DNA of 63,970 nucleotides, filler included, from Klebsormidium nitens (taxonomy: Eukaryota > Plantae > Klebsormidiophyceae), in assembly GCA_000708835.1 (NCBI GenBank). It is 5 parts of 5 records of this genome, joined end to end, with 100 filler letters (N's around TTAATTAATTAA, not from the genome) between each part and the next. Parts side by side here need not be neighbours in the genome. Positions count along the whole stretch, not along the records: positions 45,583 to 59,061 come from DF238066.1; positions 59,162 to 63,970 come from DF238474.1; 3 more parts are not named here. One strand, 5' to 3'. The notes beneath the pieces are model-generated. The model worked only from the letters and a program-made list of their open reading frames with translations. It had not been told where the DNA came from and did not search any database. The stretch's first letter is position 1. Every line of letters begins with the position of its first letter. The position numbers and the translations under genes were made by a program. Positions 47,146-59,541 of this stretch are shown piece after piece.

Positions 47146-50100
47146 TTATTGGACAACTCGCTTGTATAGTAGCAGGTACGCTTGATCATGAAGCACTCTG
47201 TTCAGGCTCACTACTGAAACCGTGCTGTCGTCAAAACGCAGCCACCGCCCGTCTTCCTGCCGGGCGTCCGCCGTGTAGTGACCGCCAGACGGGTCCTTCC
47301 CAATGTGAGACACCGTTGCAACAAGCTCGTACCGCCGGATCTGCAACAGAAATGAAGAATCCCGGATGAGATGATTGGGAGCACAAAAACAAGCACAGAG
47401 CAACTGATCTTCAGCTGCGTCATCGAGCTGAGCGCTGCCCGAGTGAGCTGAGCACTGCATGATCAAGCTGAGCGCATTCAGATGTCCTCCAGTACCAGTC
47501 TGAAACCGTGTACCAACACACTCAACGCCCTGAGGAAGTGCTCTGTAAGAAGGGAGCTTCTCAAACAAACCAGCACTGTGCTTTCCTAGGCCCTTCCACA
47601 TGGATGGCACTGCGGGCCGCGTGCGTACCTCTGCTGGCGCGGGCGGCGAGGTGAGCAGCTTGACGGGGATGGTCAGCGTGGGCGGGAATTTGACGGGCTT
47701 GTGCACCTTGGACGACCCGCGCTCGCCCGAGAAGCTGAAGCGCATGAGGTGCAGCACGAGCACGCGCGGCAGCGTGGCAATCTTGAGCAGCTTGCTGGCC
47801 GCCACCTCCGTCTTGTTGGGCGCCCGGTAGCCGTCCAGCGTCTCGGGCGCGGCAAACAGCTGCAGCGCGTCCTCCACGCTGCGCACCACCTCCGCCGCAA
47901 TGTCCAGCGGCACAATCGTGAACGGCTGCACCGTCGCGCTCGCCTTGCTCCCTGCACCCACGCGCAGCAGACGGTCAGCACGCACGGGCCAACTGACCGG
48001 CACTGGTCCCCGCGACTCAGCCATGTTAAGTGCTAAGCAGAGAAACAAGCCCGTGGGCTTGTTTACAGCTCGGACACGAGGGTACATTGAGTTATGGTCC
48101 ACTTAATCCATTCAGCCGTCGAAAGACACGCTTACAGTGAAAGAGCATCCAAGATGCACAAACAATCCAGACCCCGGAAGAAGGCTGCTCGTTATATGAT
48201 GAGCATGTCTACGACCGCCTTGACAACAGACGCCAACACCTGCTGCAGACGCAAACGGAACGGATCGGCTGACACCAGCTCCGCAGAGTCTGGCAGCGAC
48301 TGATCTCTTTGCCGGCCATGACTGCAAGTTGAACAAAACCCTGTTCTGACACCCCACTCACCTTTTGTCTTGACCAGACTCTGCAGCGACCCCCCAAAGA
48401 TGCTGCTGAGTGCCGACTCCGCGTGCGTGTGCATCCTCGTGACTGCGCTCTTGTTCTTGGGCCCCACTGTCTCCCACTCGTCGTCTCCCTCGCCCGGCCC
48501 GCCCGCTGCTGCGGCTGCCCCGTTGGGCAGCGGCCCGTTGGGCACCCTGGCGGGGGGCGCCTCCGCGGGGGCGGCCTCCAGCTTGAGCAGCTCCTCGTGC
48601 ATGCGGTCCATGACGTAGCTCAGGAACTCCTGCGCATCCTCCTGCCTGCACCCCCAGCCAGCAGCAAACACGTCAGCTCACACGTCAGCCGCCCTGGCAG
48701 CCCCCAGTAGCTCCGGGCAACCAGGCTGCTTTGAAGATGGATAGCGGGGCCGGAAAGCAACTTTGAAATGCAAGAAGCGCAAGTCGGGCATTGTGTGCCC
48801 ACTTTCCACAGCATAAGGGTGGCCTGGCAGCGGCAGCACGTACCTGGCCCTGCGCAAGCCACGCTGCGGCGTCTGGGGGCTGAACCGATGGAGCACGTCT
48901 ACAAACATGTCGGGCGTGAATGGCTGGCCCACATCCACGGGGGTGCTCCCACCAGGACCGGTTCGGGAGGGAGCAACAGGCGGGGAGCCAGAGCGGGTGT
49001 CAAACTGCCCGAGGTATGTGACGAGGGCCCACAGCATGGGGTACTCATCCTGCAAGAGTGAGCGCGGGGGAGTCAGGCAGGCAGCAGGGAAAAGGGAGGG
49101 GAAACTGGCTCATGTGAGCCAGCAGAATGGAGGCGGAGACTTCAAAAGCTACCCCGGAAGCCCAAATCAAAAAATAAAGTCAGGTGCCTTCCATAGAACC
49201 TCCGGCAGGACAATCCCTTGCAATCATCCAGAATTACTGTGAGGGCAGAGTCCCTGGCGAAAAAACGCCAAGACTGATAACCAGAGAGCCTCCTCCACTC
49301 TGTCCACCTTTCCAACGAATAGATTCTGATTGCAGCACTCAGGTTGCAGCTGGCTAGCACTAGCATAAAAAGCAGCAGTTCTGCAACTCCTTTTTGCCTC
49401 TTTTTTGCCACTTTGCAATCATGGGCGCACATGGAATCTGGCCCAGGCAGTGGTGACGCACCGAGTTTAGGGGGGCAGTTTTCAGCTGGTTGACGAGCAG
49501 TAGGAAAGGCGGGCACGCAAAGAGCGCCTGCAGTGTGGAGTTGAGAAAGCACGAGTTGCCCGTGTTCACCAGTCCCCTTGGCCGCAACCGCAGGGGTGTC
49601 GCCTCGCGCAGCTGCCGGATCCATCCAGAACCTGCAGGGAACCAAAACAGGGCTGACGCAGCCAGCGAGGAGGCAAAGCTGAGCACTCCTCAGCGATTTG
49701 GATAATCGTTGGCCATCACCACGACAAGCGAACCAAGCATCTCTGCAAACCTGCGCCGGCACGCTTCTGCTCAAACCTCTGGCACTGTGCCACCCATCAT
49801 GAGCCCATCAGCGGAATGCTAGGTTTACTCAAGCACATCATGGCGGCAGCAGCCTAGCCCAGAGAGCAATCACTTAATCGCCCCTCACCTGACAGCTGCG
49901 GCTTCTCTCCTCCTCTCACCGGCGGCGCTCTTCCCTGCGCATTGGGTCCGCTGTGGTTACTTCGCGTGGGGGGTGCCTGCACTGGCGGCTGCGCCCAGCC
50001 TCCTTGCCCTGCTGCCTTGCCCACCAGCGCGGCCCACGACTTGGGCTTGCCCGTCGCTGCCGCTGCCTCCGCAGCAGCCGGCACCTCCTCCTTACTGCTG

Positions 50101-51666
50101 GCCGCCGATGCATCGTCCGAAGGCTCTGCTGCACTCCCAGACACTACGGCTGCCTCTTGCATGCTACTAGGCGGCGCGCCCCACCCGGTGGGAGCCCCGG
50201 GCTCTTCGTCCACGTTAGCCGACGGCTGGTCCTGCGGCGCGTCCTCCTGCAGGGAGGCTGCGTGTTGGCCATCAGCCAAGGCAGGCTCCGCTTCAGGCTG
50301 CCTCTCGCTCTCCCCATGTGCCTGCAGAGCATCTCGATGCTGCTGCTGCCCCTCCTCCACCTCCTCCGTGCTGCCTGCCTGCTCCTCGAGCTCACTCGCC
50401 CCGCTCCCCAGCGGCTCCTCCAATTGCATTACTATCTCGCTGGGCGCTACAGCCTGATCCCCTCCTGATGACAAAGGACGCTCAGGAGTGAAGGCTGACC
50501 CTGCGACCGGGTGATGCGGTTGGGGGGGAGTCCATGGGGGTTGGTGTGCAGCTGGGAACTCTGACAGACCGGGAGAGGGGTGCGGGGGGCGGTTGGGTTG
50601 CAGTGGGGGGCTCGGAAGAGGGTGCGGCCTCCATGCTGCTGACGCTGGTGGCAGAACCCCTAGAGGCGCTGAGGAGAGGCCAAGCGTTTGCGAGGGATCT
50701 ACAGGGCCATGATAGGGATGAGGGGCAAGGATTGGGCGGCCATACAGGTACTCGGGATACTCGGGGTTGAACGGCAGAGGAGGCCCAGCATGAGCAAATG
50801 TGCCAAAGCTGTTGTAATAAGGGGCCGGATAGTATGGGCGCTGGGGCGCAAAGTGTGGAGGGAGATTCTGAAGGAAGGGCGGGGGTGGATTCCCTGGAAT
50901 GTATGGTGGGATGTGGTGGGGGTAGGGTGGATGGCCCGGCGCTACCGGTGGAATGGGTGGAGGGGAGTGCGAGATGTGAACCGTGGGGTCTACGCTGCCA
51001 AAGCGGACCTGGGGGGGGACATTGTCTGAGGGCTGCTCGAGCTTTTTTTGGCCCTCTACCTTCGGGCTTAAGTCGAGCTGCTGAAAGCGGGTAGCCTCAT
51101 CCAAAGTGAAGTCACCGAACAGAATAACCTGTAGCAACGGAAAATGTCAAATCAGCAAGCATAGAGGCAGTCTGAAAAGAAACGCTGGGCACCACAGTAT
51201 TGTCTGCCTGCAAATGTGTAAAAGGTGTAACTTGCAGTTGAAAGTTCCAAGATCTTAATGCAAGCAAGCATGGGGCAAGATGCAGAAACCTGGTAACGGT
51301 TCTGGTGCAAGAATCATGGACTATTACCAGCCAGACCACTCAAAACCTCCTGTTGCTCTACATGATGACTAAGGTCCAACTTCACAGATCCAAAATGCTC
51401 CTAGATAGTCCACAACCTACTTGACCTCCTTGAGAGAAAATACCACTAATACCTCTCTGAATGAATGCAAGAGCATGTCTTGATTTTGACCCAGAACTTG
51501 GAACAGCCACATGCGATATCACCAAAAAGGGATGTTCTGAACACAGCAATCAATCACAAAAGAAGCTGAAGAACCTTGAATGAGCAACCCCTGTAAAAGG
51601 CATTAAACTTGTCAAGCAGAAAACCTCCGGGCTAGACAGACGCATACTCACTGGCAATTTGCTCAT
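47146..51666 (-). CDS. UBP24: Ubiquitin-specific protease, USP10/Ubp3 ortholog (plant UBP24)
   Basis: Predicted start MSKLP|VILFGDF (ATG 51666, 15-nt first exon) with an FGDF G3BP-binding motif. Cys box GLVNTGNSCFLNSTLQAL, QEDAQEFL, EWETVGPKNK, His box GHYTAD..WLRFDD; stop at 47146. Confidence 0.92.
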
Positions 51667-52626
51667 GCTCGCTGCTCGATCTCATATGCTCCCATAGCCC
51701 GCCACCACGTGACAAGGTAAACAGAATCACGGCCGTGTGGTTGAGTTCTGATTCCAACTGCCTAGCCAGGCTCGTCTCGGCCAAGCGACTCCAGATCCCT
51801 GACTTTCGAGATACAGATTGCAACGCGTGGATCGCTGCCAGCACTAATGCAAGGATCCAGCCAGCTAGAGCTCCCGGGCTAAGCAGGTCTCTGGTACTAC
51901 TAGGTCTCTGGTACTACTCGTGAGGCGCTCTCAAAACTTCAAAGTTTTGTGTTGCTCTAATTTTAAACACTGTGAAATACAGCTCACGTTTTCCTTCTGC
52001 AAGGCAAATTCCACGAGTTGCCTCAAACTGGCTCGAGGAATCCTTGGACCTTATTCTGTAAACGACCCAAGTCACAATCCATGGAGAAGCTTATCTAGAA
52101 ATAAGCCACCGCTTATGGTCACCGTTTGCCATTCCTGCTGGTGCCTCATCCGAATCGGGCAGATGCATGGGTGCTTCCCCTCGACTTGAGAAGAGAACAT
52201 CTCTTGGAGGACAGAAAACCTGCCAGTGCATGCGTTTGTACCTGAAGACGAGGGAAATTGAATTGTGGCCCTTCAAAAATTGCTAGCAGCACTGCACTTT
52301 GAGGGCACGGAAGTCTTGTCTCTGGCGGTCAGGTTCGGCGAAGCAGTGAGAGGCAGGTTCGCAATCCCTGCAGGGATTCTTCCTGCTTAAAACTTGCCGA
52401 GAATCGCCAAGAAGTGGGCGACAAGCTGGGCTCAAACCCTTTAGTGCTGCCCGTTGCCGAAGTCCTCTTGTAGTCCCTTACATGCGTGTGGCCAGACCTT
52501 TGCAGCAGAACGCCGAGACTTCAACGGCAAGGGGTTTCCTGGCCAAGTTTTGTGTGTGATTGGTTCCTTCTTAGTGAATGCCCCGCTTCATAAGGTGGCG
52601 ACGTCCTCAAACGCTCCTCTCCATTT
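51667..52626. promoter_or_regulatory. Probable bidirectional promoter / 5' UTR region between UBP24 and RNF10
   Basis: 960 bp separate the divergent predicted start codons; no TSS data. Confidence 0.45.
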
Positions 52627-55600
52627 ATGCATAGCACGTCCCCTACAGCTGCAGACTCTAATTCAGACAATCTTTCCTCGGGTTGGCCTCACACTCCCCA
52701 CCATGGCGCACTGACTCCCAATGCCGCGGCTAGCCCCGCAGGACCTCCTGTGTTCCCGAAGCCGCAGAATGCAAGCTTGGCAGGCAGGAGGGCAGGTGCA
52801 GCAGGCAATGGCGGCGGCGGCGCTCTCGAGGAGCAGGGCCAGGTATTGCAGAAGCGGACTGCGGAGCTGCCCCATGCGGCAGCCACAGGGGCTGCGCTCA
52901 ATCCGTTCGCTCAAGAGTTCCGGCCTGGGGCGCCTTCCTCCAATGTGGCCAATCAGCCATGGGCGCAAAAGGGGCTGCTGCCAGCACCAAGCAGGGGCAG
53001 AAAAGGTGAGTGAGTCGTCTCCATGTGTCCTACGTCATTGTCAGTGAAGCAGGCGCCTGACTGCGGGCCACAGAGGTCGACCGAGTGGCCCACCATCTGC
53101 AAACATACACCTCGTGAGCACAAGCTTGCTGTAAAAGGTGCTTGAAATCATAGCTTGGTGGCAGTGTGCAATCAGGAGCATGCCCGGCAGCTTATTGCAA
53201 TTGATGGACTGGTTGCAGGGCCTGTGCCTCTAGAGCCCTGTGTAGTTCAAGACACAGACGCAGCGTTGTGTCATTCCTACACGGAATACACAGCCATCAA
53301 GGAATGCATCCTTGTCTTTTCACTGAGATAACCTGTTTTTGTGCAGAAGCGGTGGTCAATGCTCGGACCCCAGGCGTTGAGGCGAGGTCCCAGCAGATGG
53401 CATTGGGCCCGGCTGGCAGGCGGGTAAGGGCTTGCACAAGCAGCCAAAGCATCTGTAGAAGTGCTAGAATTCAATTTTCAAGCGCTTCATGAGCGTTCCA
53501 TGAGCTGGGCTCTCATGGAAACCAAGAGAGACTGGCAAGACTGGCGAGGAAGCTTCGAACTGTATTGCCTGGCAGGTTCTGAGGTGGCAGGTTGGCAGGC
53601 GCTCATGCAGCTGCTCCACCCCTGCAGGGCAACGTCCAGGGCAGTCCTGCAAAGTCTGGCGGCAGAGCGGCCAATGCCACGACGATCAATGCTCCCCCTC
53701 GAGTGACCGGGTGGGAAGTACAGAGTACACGGCCGCTGTCGGGTTCCTCCGGGGGGCCAGGTAGAGCGCCTGCAAGCACACCTCCGGGGGGCCTCTCCTC
53801 TGCTCTGCAGAATCGCCCCGGTGCAGTGGCCGTACCTGAGCATCCGCCCCAGCCGCGTGGAGAAGCCTCTGCGGCTGCCGGCGCGGCTCAAGCACGGCGT
53901 GGGCAGGCGGTGAACGCCAATTTCCTGCTCAACTTCAAGTATGAGGAGCACAGGCGGCAGCCCCCTGCACGGCACCCGCCGCCGCCCCGGCGCCGAGAGA
54001 GGCTGAAGCCGTACAACAAGGAGCTGTTCCTGCAGGCAAACTTCCGCTTCCTGGTGAGCAGACAGAGGGCCTAAGGGGAGAGGGCCTCCATGTACGGGCT
54101 GTGATTCCAGCCTAGTGGAGCCACAGTGCCAGACTCTGGCCCGTTGAACGTTGTCAAACAAGAGTTTGCACTGCTTCAAGACGGGTGTCATCAGGGTCAA
54201 GCTGTTACGTGCCCGAAATTTTTTGAAGCCCCTGGGGCTTGGGCACAGCCTCTGGCGCAACAGAGGGTCCGGTGTCTGCAACCTGCGGACATGCAGAGCG
54301 TGAGAGGATGGAGCCGCTCAGGTCGATCATCAGCTCATATCCTGTACTTATTGCATCTTGCTGGTCAAGGAGGACAGATGGCTTGGTAGGTGCTTCGGTC
54401 ATGCAGGCTGACGAAAGGGTCTCCTATCCTCTCCTTGTGCCAGGTGTCCGACCTGTCGGACTACTCTGCCGCGGTGCGCGACCCTGACCGCATGCTGGAC
54501 TGGGAGGACGTGGCGGCGGTGGAGGTGCTGGCGCCGGCCGCGCTGCAGTGCCCCATCTGCCTGGAGCAGCCGCCCTGCTGCCCGCAAATCACGCTGTGCG
54601 GCCACATCTTCTGCTTCCCCTGGTGAGGCACGCCAGCAAGGCACACACGCAGCGCAGTGACGCAGCTGTCAGCTATGGGCATGCAGAGTGGAGCAGGTAG
54701 TGTGAGGTGTTTGAGTCTGGGCTGATGAATAGTAGATAAGATCATTTTGCCAGACCTCTGAACTGGTTCCAGGTTTGTCAAGCGGCAAACAAGAACGTTG
54801 GCAGGATCGGAAATATCGGTGTTGTCATAAAGGCTTGCCCGTTTTTGAATCGTTTGCACACACGATCCTTGCGCTGCGCCCTCTGACTGCGGCCTACTTG
54901 CCTGCTGGCTGCTGCAGTCTGCTGAGATACTTGACGCAGGGGGAGGCCCTCGCGGTGGACTACAAGGGTGACGGGCCGTGGAAGAAGTGCCCCCTCTGCT
55001 TCACCCTCATTGCCATCAAGGTACGGCTCGGTGACGGCCAGCCTGCGCTGTGGATATCCCTCGTCTGGATAGACGGAGTGGCATGCAAGATGGCTGTGCC
55101 AAGGGGAAGAGGGGTCGTGGGGCCTGGTTTGGAGTCCCTTGTTCTGTTTAGCCCTCGCTAAACAGTTCAGCCTCCAGAACAATGTGTTCATTGGCTTTTC
55201 TTACCGGCTCTGTTGTGCAAGGCTTGCATCCTGTCTCGTCCAGCCATCCCCCTGCTTTCGCCTCCGCCCCGCGTGGTCGTTCCCTGCTGACCCTCTGCCC
55301 TCCCGGTTGCCAGGACCTGCGCACAGTGAGCATCCGGTCGGTTCCTCAGTACAACCCCGGCGACCGCATTCGCTTCACCCTGCTCACACGTGCCAAGGGG
55401 TCTATTATCCCGTTTGAGAGGGCGGAGGCCGACAGGCCTATCAACCCGTCCCCAACTGCCCTGTGCTACTCCGACGACGGGAAGTGCGCCCTATTTGCCA
55501 AGGTGGGGCATACTTGTGTGTCGACTTTTGGTGCGGCATCGCCGCAAAGGCAAATCATCCTGGCCAAAATTGATTTTCAACTGTGTCCATTTGTGGTGCC

Positions 55601-57971
55601 GAGTAGACAATATTCGAAGGATGGTGGTGCCGTCAACAGGTATCGCCGAGCGTGTCTCTCAATAAAATCTTCAGCGAAAGTGTGCAGCGCTAGGTGTTTA
55701 CAATCGTAGCGTGCACACTTACTGAAAGGCACACCACACCAGTCAGCAGGTCAGCCCGCCGTACAAATTACTGTTGCTCTCCGTGCTCCGCTGCAGTTCA
55801 CACTGACGTCGTCGATCGAGGGCGTGACCCGCACTGCGACGCAGGCGCTGACGGCCCTGGCGGACCGCACGGCGGAGGGCCTGCTGGAGGACCCTGACGC
55901 GCTGCCGTTCATCTATGGCGCCATGGACCACCTGCAGGCGCGCGCGCAGGCCTGGGCGGATCACCGCAGCGCCGCCTTTGTCGCGTCAAGCCCGCCCGTG
56001 CGGCAGCGCATCCTGGCGCAGAATGGCGCAGGGGAGCAGAAGCTGCTCGGGAAGAGCCCCCGCGACCTGGCCAAGGCACTGGCCGGAACTCCAGCGAGTG
56101 ATGCCGGGCTGGGGAGGGGCGCAAGCGAGACTGCGGCAGAGGGAACAGCCGCTGCAACGGGTTGGGGCGAGCTGGATCCTGGCAATAGCGAAGTGAAGCA
56201 ACGGGGCGCATGGGTGTACGAGGATGCATTCTCTGACGCAGGGTCAGAGGAGAGCGGGGAGGCGCGCTCGGTGGAGGGCCGCAAGGAGTCGGCGTTGAAG
56301 ACTATCGAGGAGGGGCTGGCCGGGCGCAAGGGCGCGCAGACTTCCGACGACGACGGCTCGGCCACCGAGTCGGGCAGCGACCAGGAAGGCGTACTCGCAG
56401 GGTTTGCGCCGGACGGGACACGGCGGCGCAAAAAGCGGCTGCCCAAGGTGCCAGAGGACAGCGGGAGAGGGGCCGGCGCGGCAGCGGGAAACAAAGACGG
56501 CGAGGGGGAGGAGGAGCGCGCGTGGTACTGCTTCTACCAGGTAGGTGTCGGGCAGTGCTGAGAACTGCTGTCGATTCCTCTGGTCGGTTCCGCTTCCACG
56601 GTACGAGTGAGAAGCTTAGTTCCGAGTCGTCTAGAAAGCAAGCCATTGGAACGGCCGCTGCTTTACTTGCTTTTCATCGCAGCAAGCCAACAGCTATTGG
56701 CTTACTTCTAGGCCAACGTTGCTTGTTTCTGAAAGGGCTAAGCGCTGCGCCGCTGTTTTTCTGCTGACGGCCTGTGGTGTGGTGGTCACAGTCGGCGGAT
56801 GGGCAGCCGGTATTTTTGCACCCGCTGAGCATGAAGTGCCTGCTGGCGCACTACGGGCGCTACGAGGCGCTGCCGCCCGCGCTGGAGGCGGGCCTGGTGG
56901 AGGCGGAGGCGGGGACCATGGCCAGCGAGAGCACGCGCAAAAAGTACCGCTACCTCAGCCACCTCAGCCTCACCGCCGCCTTCACGCTCGCCGAGGTCAG
57001 CACCTCAAGCTCAGGCGACGCGATCTAGCAGCAATTCAGAAGTACGCAATATTCCCGCCTTTCTCCGTCTTGAGCTACTTCAGATGCCTCTCCATGCTCC
57101 CCGGCGCGCCACCTCCCCACCCTGCCCCAGCGGCCGGTGTCAGCAGCACCCAAATTCTCTTTCTCCAATTATTCTAGGTGGACCTCCGCCCGCTGCTCCC
57201 CGCCTCCGCCTTCGCCCCTTTCCTTGACGAGATCACCGCGCGCGAGCGGCGGCGTGCGCGCGCAGAGAAGCAGGAGCGCGAGCAGGCCGCCCGGCAGGCG
57301 CGCCAGCAGGCGATCGCGGCCGCCCAGGCGAACGAGCGTAGTCGCCCGCCCGCCCCCGAGGACTTTGCGGCACTGCTGAGCGCCATGGAGGAGGCGGACC
57401 TGGAGGCCGCCCTGGCAGCCAGCGGGGGGGCGGCGCCGCAAGGTGCGCAAAACAACTGCAGCCGGCGTGTCTGGAGCTTCTGTTCGTGAAGATGGCCCTT
57501 TGTTTACGCCGGACACGGGAATAGATGCCTCTGCTTTAGACCCATGCAAGTGCGTAGGCGCTCTGTCGAATGCAGACAATGTGTAATTGACAGCCAGCCC
57601 CCGCCAATGTTCTTGCCCCGTCTCTTCCAGGTGCCAGCCCGCCCGCTGCCTCGCCTGCCCCCTCGGTCCCCATCGCTTTCTCCGCTGTCACTAAGATGGG
57701 CTACGCTTCGGCGTACGACGCTCCTGCTCTCCATCCGGCCGCACCGGCGGGGCAGGCGGGTCCGAGTGGCTCCACCCCGCCCCGGTGGGGGCCCCCTGCC
57801 AGCCCCACAGGCGCGCCGGTCTCGTTTGCGGCTAAGGTGCAGGCCGAAAAGGGTAAGGAGGTGGCGCAAGAACCGAGCGTGCAGCAAAGCGGAGAGGGGC
57901 CTACAAGCGGCAAGAAGAACAAGAAGGGGCCCAAAATGCTGCTCTCAACGGGGAGCGCTCGTAGGTACTAA
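52627..57971 (+). CDS. RNF10: RING finger protein 10 (RNF10/Mag2-like E3 ligase), multi-exon
   Basis: NFLLNF.Y, YNKELFLQANFRFLV, DPDRMLDWEDV, RING CPICL..CGHIFCFP(C)..WKKCPLC, FYQ|SADGQPVFLHPL, RKKYRYLSHL and C-terminal KKNKKGPKMLLSTG. PAM2-like LNPFAQEFRP in exon 1. N-terminal exon structure is tentative. Confidence 0.9.
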
Positions 57972-59061
57972 AACCGTAACTGCAGATTCTACATGGTCGT
58001 TTCATTGCTGCGTAAGCGCATCGCACTGATGGTCCGAGCACACCACCGTGACAGGTGGGTCAGATCAGAAACAGCCAAAGGCTCGCTCAGGATCAATGTC
58101 TGCAAGAACTGCTTCTCACTGTGAAGCGGCTTGATAAGGTGCTGAGTCCTTGTGTCATCAGCAAGCTACCCAGTATTGGGGCGACCCAAGATTTAAGTAC
58201 ACTCGCATGTATCACGGTCAAATATACGATATTGATGGGACCAAGTTGTCGGTTCAACAGCACGTAAGACATTAAAATCTACGTCACGTGAAGCACATCA
58301 CGAAACTATGTACGTATCCATCATCCAACCTGAAGGTAACGTCTGCCGCGTGTACGGTATAATTTGATCCAATTGGGTACGTAAGTGGGTGTTTTAGAAC
58401 GCCCATCAATTGCCGATAACATTTATCATGTAAAAACGATCTTGCACAATATAAACGATTCACTTTGATTCTATATAATTGAATGAACCGAACCTGAGTG
58501 TCTCAGAAAAGTATATTACTCATGCAATTGATAATATATGCGCTGAGGTGGCCGAACCATGATTTGGCTGCCAGCCTGCGGCTCGAGTTGACTGTGCATG
58601 CAAGCAAGTACGGTACCATACGTGCGCCACGGCCGCGTCACAATTCGACCGCGTCGGCGGTTTCTGCAGTGTACCGCGCCTTCAATTTGTAACATCAGAG
58701 TCCATCATGTACAGACTTAACGATCGAATCTCTCATGTGGCAACTTAAGTGGAGTGCCATCGCTGGGTCGGATATTGGCTTGCCTCTCCCCTCAGAGGGG
58801 AGGGCAACCGTCGTATTCGGTTCGGATGGCCGCTGTATGCGGCGCGGTGCGGGCCCGCCGGTCGACCTGCTCGCATCGCCCCTGTTCGACTATAAAACGT
58901 ACAGTACTGTACTGAAAACGGGCCAGATAATGGCGCGACTTATAGTTGATCTGGGGCCCCGTGCATGGCGCAGATGGTCGGTTTCGTATCGAACTTTGTG
59001 GACCTGACGCAAGTCATCGTCAAACGAAGTCGTTGGGTACCGATCAAGCCTACCTTCGCGC

Positions 59062-59161
59062 NNNNNNNNNNNNNNNNNNNNNNNNNNNNNNNNNNNNNNN
59101 NNNNNTTAATTAATTAANNNNNNNNNNNNNNNNNNNNNNNNNNNNNNNNNNNNNNNNNNNN
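59062..59161. other. Artificial 100-bp assembly join
   Basis: N44-TTAATTAATTAA-N44. Confidence 0.95.
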
Positions 59162-59541
59162 TTGTGGCGGCGCGGGTCGCTTCGTCGTTTAGCGTAGCTG
59201 TTGGATAGTTAGCTCTTTAGCTTGTCGTTGTTGCTTGTCGTTGGTGCCTGGCGGGTAGCGCCGCTCAGTGCGTAGCGTTGGACACACAGACATAGAGTAG
59301 TCCATTTCGCTACATACTGTATACATTTGGCGTAGGCCGGTCTGCATGATTGCATATTACCGGCTCAGCCGAACAGGCGCTACCCCCCACGGGGACGTTC
59401 TGTGACGCCTTGCACGAGCCACTTGCCAAACTCGTGCCTTTCCATCTCATCTCATTCGCTGCAGTGCACTGCTGCTCATTCGCAAGTTCTCGTTGATAGC
59501 AGAGAATGAGCGTCTCTCTTTCCCATATCAATGATCATAAT

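Noticed and set aside
49854-57971. Numerous long antisense or alternative-frame ORFs over UBP24, RNF10, the transposase and the helicases
   Set aside because: Shadows of GC-rich coding exons; no motifs, and explained by the opposite strand.
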